DNA of 64,000 nucleotides from an uncultured Bacilli bacterium (GTDB taxonomy: Bacteria > Bacillota_I > Bacilli_A > RF39 > UBA660): contig CANQFJ010000004.1 of assembly GCA_947598485.1 (NCBI GenBank), positions 4,118 through 68,117 on the forward strand. Direction: 5' to 3'. Every line of letters starts with the position of its first letter. Positions within the stretch are counted from its first letter, which is position 1. The notes under the pieces are model-generated. The model made no database searches, had not been told where the DNA came from, and worked only from the letters and a program-made list of their open reading frames with translations. Made by a program: the position numbers and the translations under genes. Shown one piece after another: positions 56,613 through 64,000 of the stretch.

Positions 56613-56869
56613 TACTTACTTTCTTCTCCATCTAATCGGTCGAGTAATTTTTCAACTTGAGCCAAAACTTTTTCATCATCTACAGGGAGCAATTTTTCTT
56701 CATTTTCTTCTTTGATATACTCTCCTACATAAGTTTTTATAAAACCATCATCATCAATACTATTATCAGTATACACAATATAGTTTTTATCATTTTGTTC
56801 AAAGCTGAAAATTATTGAATACTCTTTTTTGACATCATTATCAAGTAATTCTATTTTTCCTTCTTTCAT
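56612..56869 (-). CDS. DUF1292 family protein
   Basis: 85 aa, acidic. Follows ruvX with a 4-nt overlap as yrzB does in Bacillus. KNYIVYTD...DDGF..Y pattern. Confidence 0.7.
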   Translation of the reverse strand: MKEGKIELLDNDVKKEYSIIFSFEQNDKNYIVYTDNSIDDDGFIKTYVGEYIKEENEEKLLPVDDEKVLAQVEKLLDRLDGEESK

Positions 56870-57282
56870 GTAATACTCCTTAAAAAAGATTCGAGAATCA
56901 AAGCCGCAGCTTCCATATCAACTTTATCCTTAAATTCTCTACTTCTCAGATTGTTTTCGTGTAGTAGCCTTTCGGCTTCAACACTAGTAAGTCTTTCATC
57001 GACAGTAAAAACATTTACCCCTAATTGTTCAAGTTTTGGAATAAAATTTAAAGTTCTTTGACTAGCAAAGCCTTTAGATCCGTCCATGTTTAGTGGTAAG
57101 CCAATAGCAATATCAGTTATTTTTTCTTGTTCAATAATGGGTTTTAAAAGTTCAATCGCTTTATCATAGTCTTCTCTAGAAAAATGCAAAGTACATCTAG
57201 GAAATATCAAACTATTACTAGGATCAGTGATTGCCACACCTAAAGTCTTGGTTCCTAAATCTAAGCCTAAATATCTTTTCAT
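56866..57282 (-). CDS. ruvX: Holliday junction resolvase-like pre-16S rRNA nuclease RuvX (YqgF)
   Basis: YLGLDLGTKTLGVAITD, IGLPLNMDGS, VDERLTSVEAER. Confidence 0.9.
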   Translation of the reverse strand: MKRYLGLDLGTKTLGVAITDPSNSLIFPRCTLHFSREDYDKAIELLKPIIEQEKITDIAIGLPLNMDGSKGFASQRTLNFIPKLEQLGVNVFTVDERLTSVEAERLLHENNLRSREFKDKVDMEAAALILESFLRSIT

Positions 57283-57527
57283 CGACCTAGATACCCATTT
57301 ATAATGGCCATCAAAATTTCTTCGGGAGTAAACTTACTTATTTTTTTTCTAGCATCATCATATGATGTTATATAACTTAAATCTCCCGTTAATAAATAAC
57401 CGACTAACTGATTCGTGGCATTATAACCCTTTTGCTCCATAGCGTTTATAACCTCATTTAAAGTCATTAATATAAGCTCTTGTCTTAAAACATTAACATT
57501 AAATATGGTTGTATTACTATCATTCAT
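57279..57527 (-). CDS. IreB family regulatory phosphoprotein (DUF965)
   Basis: 82 aa. GYNATNQLVGYLLTGDLSYITS. Precedes ruvX as yrzL does in Bacillus. Confidence 0.8.
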   Translation of the reverse strand: MNDSNTTIFNVNVLRQELILMTLNEVINAMEQKGYNATNQLVGYLLTGDLSYITSYDDARKKISKFTPEEILMAIINGYLGR

Positions 57528-57611
57528 GAGCTCACCTCTATTATCTATAATAATAACAAATTACCATAGATTTTTCAACAATGCACAAAGCCCTTTCGCA
57601 TGTGCCCATAT

Positions 57612-57640
57612 ATTGTAACATACTCTTTTGCTTAACGCAA
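57612..57640 (-). promoter_or_regulatory. putative sigma-A promoter of the ireB-ruvX operon
   Basis: Minus strand TTGCGT, 17 nt, TACAAT, about 85 nt upstream of the ireB ATG (RBS GAGGTGA). Confidence 0.5.
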
Positions 57641-57650
57641 ATTACCATCT

Positions 57651-60323
57651 TTACTTGTCTTTTCTCTTATTAAGCTTTCTTTTAAGAGCTTCTTCATTTT
57701 CTTTTATAAAAGGAACTCTTTTAATTACTTTGATAGCAAAATCTTTATTTGGGTTATGCATAGCTTTTAAATCTTGTAATATCTCTTGTAATTCCTCTTT
57801 AGTATAACCCTCAAAATCATCAGCAACCATATTTAAAGTTTGTTCATAATCTCTTTGGACTGGTAAACTTATTCCATAATATCTAACCTCATTGATTAGG
57901 CTATAAGCTTCAGCCATTTGACCATTAGTAAATAAATCTACAAGCGATTTTTCTTTAATCACAAATACTACCTTCCTGCCATATTTTTTAAAGATTATTA
58001 AACTTAATATTAATAAAAGAACAGGAAGTGTTACGTTCATAGCTTTTGCCCAATTTGCAAGGCTTTTACTACTATCTTTTTTTTCTTCATCCACTCTATC
58101 AGCAGGCGTAGCATCAACCAGATTACCCATTCTGTCCATAACCCAAGCATGAGCTTCGCCATATGTTATCTCAGGATCATCAGAATAAAAGCCTGTTACA
58201 TAGATGTAGCTATCATCACATTCAACCATTAAAGTAGCGGCCAAATTACATACTAAAGAATCTAGGGAAGATACACAATCTATAAATTCTTTCTCATTCA
58301 TTTTACGAATCTTAGAAGATAATCCGGCATCCTTAAATGGCGTCTCGGAATAGATTTTATTTCGAATTGCTTTAGCAATAAAGTAGTTATCAACCTGAGA
58401 ATCTAAACCTAGATTTGCCGTAATAATTTCACGCATTTCATAAGGATCTGTAGTTAAATATTCGCCTTTTTCTGGCAATTTAGAAACAAAAGGATTAAGA
58501 TTATAAAAGAAGCAATAGCCATAGGCATAATAATAGTATATCGCAGGTTCTTTCATTTTCTTTAAAGCCTTTACTTCATCATCAGTTAATTTACGAGCAA
58601 TACTTGTACTATTAAATATAAATGAATTACTAGGATTTTCTCTATCATGAATTTCGATTTCCGTTAATAAATAATCAAATTCTCCGACAGGACATACTGC
58701 TACGGGAACATGCAAATAGCCACCCTTGATCATATCTTTTAGCTCTTTACGAGAAAAGTTAACATCAATAATCAAATTTTCTTTTATACCATCATAAAAG
58801 TCATCTTTCTCAAGATATGGTTGAACTAAGTCATAAGATATATTACCTTTTTTATAACTGCTTGATTTTCCATATTCACACGCAAAGTAACTAGGCATAG
58901 CATATGTATCGCAATAAGTTAGGTTTGCCACAATTTTATCATCATTATTTTCTAAGCCAAAAGCATCGCCAATTAATGAAGAAAATCCTTTAACGATATC
59001 AGCACCTGTTTCATATGGAACTTTTAAAACTTCTCTTTCCAATTCCCATGATTTTTTATAAGTTTCTAAAACGCCTTGAAAAAAAGCACTGGCTAAATTA
59101 GAATCTTCACCAAGCATAAAATCCAAGCCTACTAAGCCTACCCAGCTCGCACCTACAATCGCCGCGGTAAAATACATGGCCCACATAAAGCTAAGTAAAT
59201 TATGGGAATTTTTATCTAACTTCTCCTTAAATCGTTGCTTTTTATTTGTACCATTTTTCTTTTCTTCAAGATATCCTTGATAAATTTTGTCAAAATAAGT
59301 AGGATTATTTTCTTCACTTAATATATCAGTATTTTGCTCTTTATAAAGATATAAATACAAAATGGCGAGTAAAGATATTTCCTCTTCATCATTCGGCTTA
59401 GAAAGGCTTTTTAATAAATCCTCATAATTTTGATAACCAAGATAATCATATAAACTCATAATATTAGTTTCTTTTCTTTGACCATCATTAGAATAAGAAA
59501 CAATATGTAAGAATTCCCCTTTTATAGTAATATTATCATAACATTTACCTAAATTTCTTGTTTTATAACTATTATTAGAGTTTAAACTTAAACTAAGACG
59601 GGAAGAAACAACATTCATTAAATAAGTTAAATCTTTGTCCTCCATAAATTTAGAAATAGCGTTCTTAATTGATAGATCTTTAATCCTTTCGGCGATATTT
59701 AAAACAAAGCGATAATTTAAACGATAATTAAAACAGCTATTTATTAGAGCTTCTAATTGCGAACAATCTAAATCTAGAAAAGTGTCAGTTCCATCATAAG
59801 GCAAATTTTCACTATTTAAAATATCACTTCGGTATTGAGCAAGTATATCATCCAAATTAAGTTTAGGGAAAAGACCATTAACATCATCAAGATTTAAATA
59901 TATTGTCTTAATACCTTGAAGTTTACAAAAAGTAAGTAGTTTTTTTAAATTAGCTATATACTCATCTGGTCCAATCTTACTATCTTCATACAATATAGCT
60001 ATGCTTCTTTTTATATCGAGTACAGCTTGCCAATGCCATGATCCAGAATATTTCTCTTTAATGACATCAACTTTAAAACCTAAAATCTTTCTTATTTCTT
60101 CTTGGGCACCATAAACTTTTTTAATTGGAGAAAAATAAGAAGCTATTTTATCCCTAACTATAAAACCAAGATACATAATACGAGAAAAAAGTAAAACATT
60201 GGCTCTAATTAAACCATTTGAAGTCGGTTTAGCATTTTTGGCTTGAAGAATGACATCAAATAAGTCGCCTTCTTTTTTAATTACATCAAGTGCCCTTTTT
60301 GCTCTTGCAAATTCTGTCATCAA
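57651..60323 (-). CDS. transglutaminase-like (papain-fold) membrane protein with about 380-aa cytoplasmic N-domain
   Basis: TM segments LLSFMWAMYFTAAIVGASWVGLVGL and VTLPVLLLILSLIIF. Core LVCNLAATLMV ... YVTGFY ... GEAHAWVMDRMGNLVDATP (Cys-His-Asp order of TGase-like enzymes). ATGA overlap with the MoxR gene. Confidence 0.65.
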   Translation of the reverse strand: MMTEFARAKRALDVIKKEGDLFDVILQAKNAKPTSNGLIRANVLLFSRIMYLGFIVRDKIASYFSPIKKVYGAQEEIRKILGFKVDVIKEKYSGSWHWQAVLDIKRSIAILYEDSKIGPDEYIANLKKLLTFCKLQGIKTIYLNLDDVNGLFPKLNLDDILAQYRSDILNSENLPYDGTDTFLDLDCSQLEALINSCFNYRLNYRFVLNIAERIKDLSIKNAISKFMEDKDLTYLMNVVSSRLSLSLNSNNSYKTRNLGKCYDNITIKGEFLHIVSYSNDGQRKETNIMSLYDYLGYQNYEDLLKSLSKPNDEEEISLLAILYLYLYKEQNTDILSEENNPTYFDKIYQGYLEEKKNGTNKKQRFKEKLDKNSHNLLSFMWAMYFTAAIVGASWVGLVGLDFMLGEDSNLASAFFQGVLETYKKSWELEREVLKVPYETGADIVKGFSSLIGDAFGLENNDDKIVANLTYCDTYAMPSYFACEYGKSSSYKKGNISYDLVQPYLEKDDFYDGIKENLIIDVNFSRKELKDMIKGGYLHVPVAVCPVGEFDYLLTEIEIHDRENPSNSFIFNSTSIARKLTDDEVKALKKMKEPAIYYYYAYGYCFFYNLNPFVSKLPEKGEYLTTDPYEMREIITANLGLDSQVDNYFIAKAIRNKIYSETPFKDAGLSSKIRKMNEKEFIDCVSSLDSLVCNLAATLMVECDDSYIYVTGFYSDDPEITYGEAHAWVMDRMGNLVDATPADRVDEEKKDSSKSLANWAKAMNVTLPVLLLILSLIIFKKYGRKVVFVIKEKSLVDLFTNGQMAEAYSLINEVRYYGISLPVQRDYEQTLNMVADDFEGYTKEELQEILQDLKAMHNPNKDFAIKVIKRVPFIKENEEALKRKLNKRKDK

Positions 60324-61243
60324 TTATGGCCTTTCTTTAAGCGTAAAGCCAATACATCCTTATTTAGTTTATCAAACATATCATGAACATCTTGATTATC
60401 TACATTAGCAACATTTTGATTAATTCTATGTAAGTATAAAGATACGATATAATCGGTTAAATCGGAAGGCTTAATGAAGCTTCTTCCATCTGCTAAAGCA
60501 TTAATTTTAGCTAGTTTAATAGCAAATTTATGAGCTCTAATATTTGTTCCTCCGAACAAAGGCTTACCGTTATACTCTAAAGAATCTACCATATCAAATA
60601 CCTTTAAAAGGAAATCTTCTTCGGCCTCAGTAAGTTCAAAATTAGCGACAGCACCTGTTGTATAATCAATATCTTCAGGATTGATAAAGCCTTTTTTTCG
60701 TGGTTCAAAATCACTAAAAAATAATTCTCTTTTCTCTGAAGAAGATAAAAGCTCAAAATAAACATTAACATCAAAACGATCATATACCGCCTGAGGAACA
60801 TTAAATATTCCCGCGATATCAGCACTATTTTGGGTTGCTAAAACATAAAAACTATTAAATCCATATGTAGTGCCCGTATAGCTTATTTGTCTTTCTGCAA
60901 AAAGCTCTAAAAAAGCTGATTGAAGCTTACCACTTGCACGATTAAATTCATCAATATGAAGTAAATTAAATCCCGAAGAATTAATTAATTGTTCTTGTAC
61001 ATCACTAGGAAGTAAATCTGATGTTACAGAAATTTTTTCTTTTTGAAGACAGCTACCTAAATAATTAGCAATCGTTGTCTTTCCTGTTCCCGTATTACCC
61101 GTTAATAATATTTTACTATTTTTATCACACAAAAAAGATGAAGTAATAACCTTTTTAGCATGACTTTGTCCAATAAGAACTTTATCTAAATCTGAATATA
61201 TTTGTTCATATATACTTCTTACTCTTTTAATAATATCTTCCAC
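60320..61243 (-). CDS. MoxR-family AAA+ ATPase
   Basis: ILLTGNTGTGKTT (Walker A), TSDLLPSDV, LLHIDEFNRASGKLQSAFLELFAERQIS (Walker B, sensor), VLATQN, PQAVYDRF. Confidence 0.8.
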   Translation of the reverse strand: MEDIIKRVRSIYEQIYSDLDKVLIGQSHAKKVITSSFLCDKNSKILLTGNTGTGKTTIANYLGSCLQKEKISVTSDLLPSDVQEQLINSSGFNLLHIDEFNRASGKLQSAFLELFAERQISYTGTTYGFNSFYVLATQNSADIAGIFNVPQAVYDRFDVNVYFELLSSSEKRELFFSDFEPRKKGFINPEDIDYTTGAVANFELTEAEEDFLLKVFDMVDSLEYNGKPLFGGTNIRAHKFAIKLAKINALADGRSFIKPSDLTDYIVSLYLHRINQNVANVDNQDVHDMFDKLNKDVLALRLKKGHN

Positions 61244-61336
61244 TTTACTGCAACTCCTTTATAAACAGCTGTTTATGATAACACAATATCATTAAAATAG
61301 CAAGAAGACATAAAAAAATTATCTTTTTTAAGATAA

Positions 61337-61567
61337 TTAATTGCCTTCATTTGATGTATTATTAGTGAGATTATCAACACATTTGCCTTCGCCAGGTTTA
61401 CTTCCTTCAGCATATTCTTGACCAGACCAAGAACATGAAGCCTTTGTAAGAGCATCCGTTAAATAACCACCTAAAAATTTAACAAGGGCTATGGCAATAA
61501 CACTAATTAATGCTATTATTAGTATATACTCGACTAAAGCTTGACCTTTTTTATCCTTTATTATCAT
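61337..61567 (-). CDS. Flp/Fap-type pilin-like small protein
   Basis: MIIKDKKG/QALVEYILIIALISVIAIALV fits the Flp prepilin G/xxxxEY motif plus hydrophobic helix. The C-terminal 35 aa is polar with two Cys. Confidence 0.5.
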   Translation of the reverse strand: MIIKDKKGQALVEYILIIALISVIAIALVKFLGGYLTDALTKASCSWSGQEYAEGSKPGEGKCVDNLTNNTSNEGN

Positions 61568-61661
61568 ATCTTATACTCCATTTTCATTTTATAATGCCTA
61601 ATCTATTTTCTAATACAAGTATATCAATTTAAAACCAAACAGTCAATTAAATTTAAGGCAC

Positions 61662-61688
61662 AAAAAAACTCTTCATAAGGAAGAGCCT
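61662..61688 (-). terminator. rho-independent terminator of the HU gene
   Basis: Minus strand ctcttc-cttat-gaagag followed by ttttttt, about 10 nt after the stop. Confidence 0.5.
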
Positions 61689-61697
61689 TTTTAGTTA

Positions 61698-61970
61698 CTA
61701 ATTTAAAGCGTCTTTTAATTTGCTTCCAGCTTTAAATGAAGCAACAGTTTTTGCAGCAATTTTAATTGGTTCCTTTGTTAAAGGATTAATGCCTTCTCTA
61801 GCTGCTCTTTTTTTAGCAGAGAAAGTACCAAAACCAACTAGGGCAACTTTTCCGTCTTTCTTAAGACCAGAAGTAATGCCATTGATGCAAGCATCTAATG
61901 CGCGAGCAGCGTCAGCTTTAGTTAAGCCAGCCTCTTTTGCAATAAATTCTACTAATTCAGTTTTAGACAT
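61698..61970 (-). CDS. hup: DNA-binding protein HU
   Basis: 90 aa. MSKTELVEFIA, GFGTFSAKKRAAREGINPLT.EPIKIAA..V..FKAG..LK. GGAGG RBS. Confidence 0.95.
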   Translation of the reverse strand: MSKTELVEFIAKEAGLTKADAARALDACINGITSGLKKDGKVALVGFGTFSAKKRAAREGINPLTKEPIKIAAKTVASFKAGSKLKDALN

Positions 61971-62051
61971 GTAACTTACCTCCTATACCTATTATAAGGC
62001 CCATTGTCCTTACATATTAAGCCTATCAAAAAATAATTTGAAAAGCAATAT

Positions 62052-62081
62052 AAAAAAGCACAAAATGCCGTTTTTTTGTGC
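62052..62081 (-). terminator. rho-independent terminator of spoIVA
   Basis: Minus strand gcacaaaa-aaacggca-ttttgtgc followed by tttttt. Confidence 0.65.
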
Positions 62082-62092
62082 TTTCTTTACTC

Positions 62093-63571
62093 TTATATGA
62101 CAAAAGCTATTAAGTTATTGGCGCCTTTATTTACAATTTTCGTAACAGTCGACGATAATTTATAACGTGTATTCTCAGGCATTAAGGCAAGTTTTGCTTC
62201 AATTCCTTCTTTAACAATTTGTTCTAAACTTCGACCAAAAATCTCACTTTGCCAAATACTTTCTTTGTCATTTTCATAGTCTTTCATGATATAATCAATA
62301 AGTTCTTTAGATTGAGCTTCACTTCCTATAATAGGCTCAAAAGTTGATTCAACATCTACTTTAAGCATATGGACAGATGTAGCTTTAGCTTTAAGTCTTA
62401 CGCCAAATCGGCTACCTTGTTTAACAATTTCTGGTGTTTCAAGTTTCATGTTTTTTAGGGTTGGATACAGGATTCCATATCCGGTATTATTAGCCATCGT
62501 AAGAGCTGCTTTAATATTTTTAAGATCCTCTTCTCCACTTTGATAAGTAATAAACATATTTAAAAGAGATGCTTTACTTAATTTTTCTTTGCCCATGACA
62601 TCCGCTAAAATCTTTTGATATAAATCTTCAGGAGCTTCTAAATTAAGTGTTACTTCCCCTGTAGCAGAATCAAATTTGCTGATATAGCTTTTAGAAATAT
62701 ATTCACTTTCTTCAAAATAACTAGTCATTTTTTCAACGTCTTTTAATTTATTAACACTGATGATGCTTTCTCTTATTTTAGATATATAATGACGTTTTAT
62801 CTCGTTATCATCTGGTAAAACATTTATCCAAGCAGGCATATTTATTTTAATATCTGATGCACTAAACTCATATAAAGCTGTTTTTAAAATATCATTTATT
62901 TCTCTTTCGTTTAAAGCTTCAACACTACATAGGATAACAGGTACATCGTATTTTTCTTCAAGTTCCTCTTTAACTTTCTTAGCTTGCATACTGCCAGGAT
63001 CTTTAGAGTTTAAAATAATAATAAATGGTTTGCCTATACTTTTAAGTTCATTTACTACTTTATCTTCAGCCTCTATATAATTTTCTCTAGCTATTTCGGT
63101 AATAGAGCCATCTGTAGTAACAACAATGCCAATCGTAGCATGATCATTAATTACTTTTTGTGTACCTATTTCAGCAGCTTCAGTTAAAGGAATATAATCT
63201 TCATACCATGGACATTTGACCATTCGAGGATTACCATCTTCATCTTGGAACCCACCTGCACCACTAACAACATATCCTACACAGTCTACTAAAGTAATAT
63301 TCGTGGTAAATTCATCAACTTTAATTGTAGCCCCTGAGGATGGTACAAACTTAGGCTCAGTAGTCATAATAGCTTTGCCTTGAGCACTTTGTGGCACTTC
63401 ATCTAAACATTTTTTCTTTTCATATTCATCTTCAATATGAGGAACAACTAAATTTTCAATAAATCTTTTAATAAAAGTGGATTTACCCGTTCTAACAGCT
63501 CCCACGACACCAAGATTTATTCCTCCGCCTCCTCTTTTACTAATCGAGGCTATAACATTTTCATTTTGCAT
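62093..63571 (-). CDS. spoIVA: stage IV sporulation protein A
   Basis: 492 aa. INLGVVGAVRTGKSTFIKRF (Walker A), MTTEPKFVP, VGYVV.GA, and the conserved C-terminal NNLIAFVI-type end. Adjacent to the HU gene, as in B. subtilis. Confidence 0.95.
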   Translation of the reverse strand: MQNENVIASISKRGGGGINLGVVGAVRTGKSTFIKRFIENLVVPHIEDEYEKKKCLDEVPQSAQGKAIMTTEPKFVPSSGATIKVDEFTTNITLVDCVGYVVSGAGGFQDEDGNPRMVKCPWYEDYIPLTEAAEIGTQKVINDHATIGIVVTTDGSITEIARENYIEAEDKVVNELKSIGKPFIIILNSKDPGSMQAKKVKEELEEKYDVPVILCSVEALNEREINDILKTALYEFSASDIKINMPAWINVLPDDNEIKRHYISKIRESIISVNKLKDVEKMTSYFEESEYISKSYISKFDSATGEVTLNLEAPEDLYQKILADVMGKEKLSKASLLNMFITYQSGEEDLKNIKAALTMANNTGYGILYPTLKNMKLETPEIVKQGSRFGVRLKAKATSVHMLKVDVESTFEPIIGSEAQSKELIDYIMKDYENDKESIWQSEIFGRSLEQIVKEGIEAKLALMPENTRYKLSSTVTKIVNKGANNLIAFVI

Positions 63572-63622
63572 TTTATCACCTTTTTCTATTAATATGTATG
63601 ATGATAAGCAAAGTTATATTCC

Positions 63623-63871
63623 TTAAAACATTTTATCGACATTCTTAGGGACTTTATCATTAACTATTTTTTCAATTATTTTCTTCCTTTTTTCAGTGCT
63701 TACTTCTTTACCTGTTAAAGAAGATAAAGTATCTATTACTTCATTTAATGTTTTTTCATCCTTCATATTTCCATCTTGAAGTTTTTTGGCAAGTGAAAGA
63801 ATTGTATCTTTATCAACATTGGTTTTCTTTTCAACTTTTCCCCAGAATCCATCTTTAAACATTTTAATCAC
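63623..63871 (-). CDS. stage VI sporulation protein F-like (SpoVIF/YjcC-like)
   Basis: 82 aa. FWGKVEKKTNVDKDTILSLAKKLQDGNMKDEKTLNEVI ... ends KMF. This pattern is recalled from SpoVIF family members. Confidence 0.5.
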   Translation of the reverse strand: MIKMFKDGFWGKVEKKTNVDKDTILSLAKKLQDGNMKDEKTLNEVIDTLSSLTGKEVSTEKRKKIIEKIVNDKVPKNVDKMF

Positions 63872-63912
63872 CTATCATAATATATGCCCAGTTATTAAAT
63901 TAGTTCATGCAT

Positions 63913-63939
63913 AAAAAAACTCTTCAATTAAGAAGAGTT
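63913..63939 (-). terminator. rho-independent terminator of the partial gene at the right edge
   Basis: Minus strand aactcttc-ttaatt-gaagagtt followed by ttttttt, 4 nt after the TAA at 63943-63945. Confidence 0.65.
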
Positions 63940-63942
63940 AGA

Positions 63943-64000
63943 TTAATTATTTTGCCATAGGCCATGTAAATTACAGTAAGCATAAACTATAGCATTTTCG
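63943..64000 (-). CDS. 3' end of a gene entering from the right, with a superoxide reductase/desulfoferrodoxin-like C-terminus
   Basis: Own translation ENAIVYAYCNLHGLWQNN then stop. YCNLHGLW resembles the conserved C-terminal Cys-containing motif of superoxide reductases. Only 19 codons are visible. Confidence 0.35.
   Translation of the reverse strand, partial: ENAIVYAYCNLHGLWQNN

Noticed and set aside
61273-61455. 60-aa ORF overlapping the 3' half of the Flp-like gene in another frame.
   Set aside because: It is an alternative frame of the better-supported 76-aa ORF, which has a recognisable prepilin-like N-terminus. No independent signal supports it.
2461-61974. About 30 short ORFs (60-128 aa) from the track that lie antisense to, or in an alternative frame within, long well-supported genes. 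Examples: 2461-2679, 3005-3202, 6876-7190, 8761-9147, 10187-10408, 11691-11894, 19208-19456, 20512-20697, 22790-23089, 24529-24750, 25648-25848, 27994-28278, 28477-28695, 29760-30041, 29969-30169, 33253-33447, 33638-33862, 38553-38768, 39405-39710, 41976-42200, 43374-43589, 47888-48136, 50373-50588, 56245-56529, 60604-60825, 61720-61974.
   Set aside because: They overlap genes with clear family motifs and have low-complexity Ser/Leu/Phe/Ile-rich translations typical of the reverse frame of AT-rich coding DNA. They also lack RBS context, so I treat them as spurious.
1-64000. Search for rRNA, tRNA, riboswitch or T-box leaders in the intergenic regions.
   Set aside because: Apart from the 45.15-45.73 kb region, which is covered in the findings, all intergenic gaps are under ~230 nt. 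They contain only promoter-like or terminator-like elements, and I could recognise no cloverleaf or conserved leader structure by eye.

Overview
Very AT-rich (high-20s % GC by eye) chromosomal segment of an endospore-forming Bacillota organism. An Erysipelotrichia/Clostridia-like lineage is only a guess. Almost every gene is on the minus strand. I saw no rRNA, tRNA or CRISPR: the intergenic gaps are short. The backbone is housekeeping and sporulation genes in blocks with Bacillus-like synteny: ireB-ruvX-DUF1292-mltG-yrrM-yrrN-yrrO then greA; mreC-mreD-spoIVFA-spoIVFB-spoVID-ysxE; nusB-xseA-xseB then spoIVB; spoIVA-hbs; ylbJ/ylbL; rimM-trmD; plus mutS and ppdK. Accessory modules interrupt this backbone. 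(1) At the left edge, a translationally coupled operon of a SpoIIAB/RsbW-like GHKL kinase, a STAS-like (DUF4325-type) protein and a PIN nuclease that runs off the window. This is my top candidate for an undescribed toxin/defence module. (2) At 34.5-37.1 kb, an own-promoter pair: a 298-aa protein whose C-terminus looks like a Gp49/HigB (RelE-fold) toxin, coupled to a 597-aa all-helical protein instead of an HTH antitoxin. (3) At 45.6-48.8 kb, a roughly 3.1-kb insertion bracketed by a degenerate direct duplication of the ppdK 3' end plus terminator. It carries a decayed lipoprotein gene and a PrrC/RloC-like ABC-ATPase (zinc-hook CxxC, putative R-x3-E...H nuclease motif) split by a frameshift in an A7 tract. 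(4) A membrane-anchored cohesin protein next to a dockerin-bearing papain-like protease, inserted between xseB and spoIVB. (5) An Flp-like pilin gene upstream of a MoxR ATPase and a transglutaminase-like membrane protein. (6) An orphan operon of three oversized pseudopilin-like proteins. (7) A giant repeat-containing surface protein cluster next to a bile salt hydrolase. All functional calls rest on motif recognition by eye. No database search was run.
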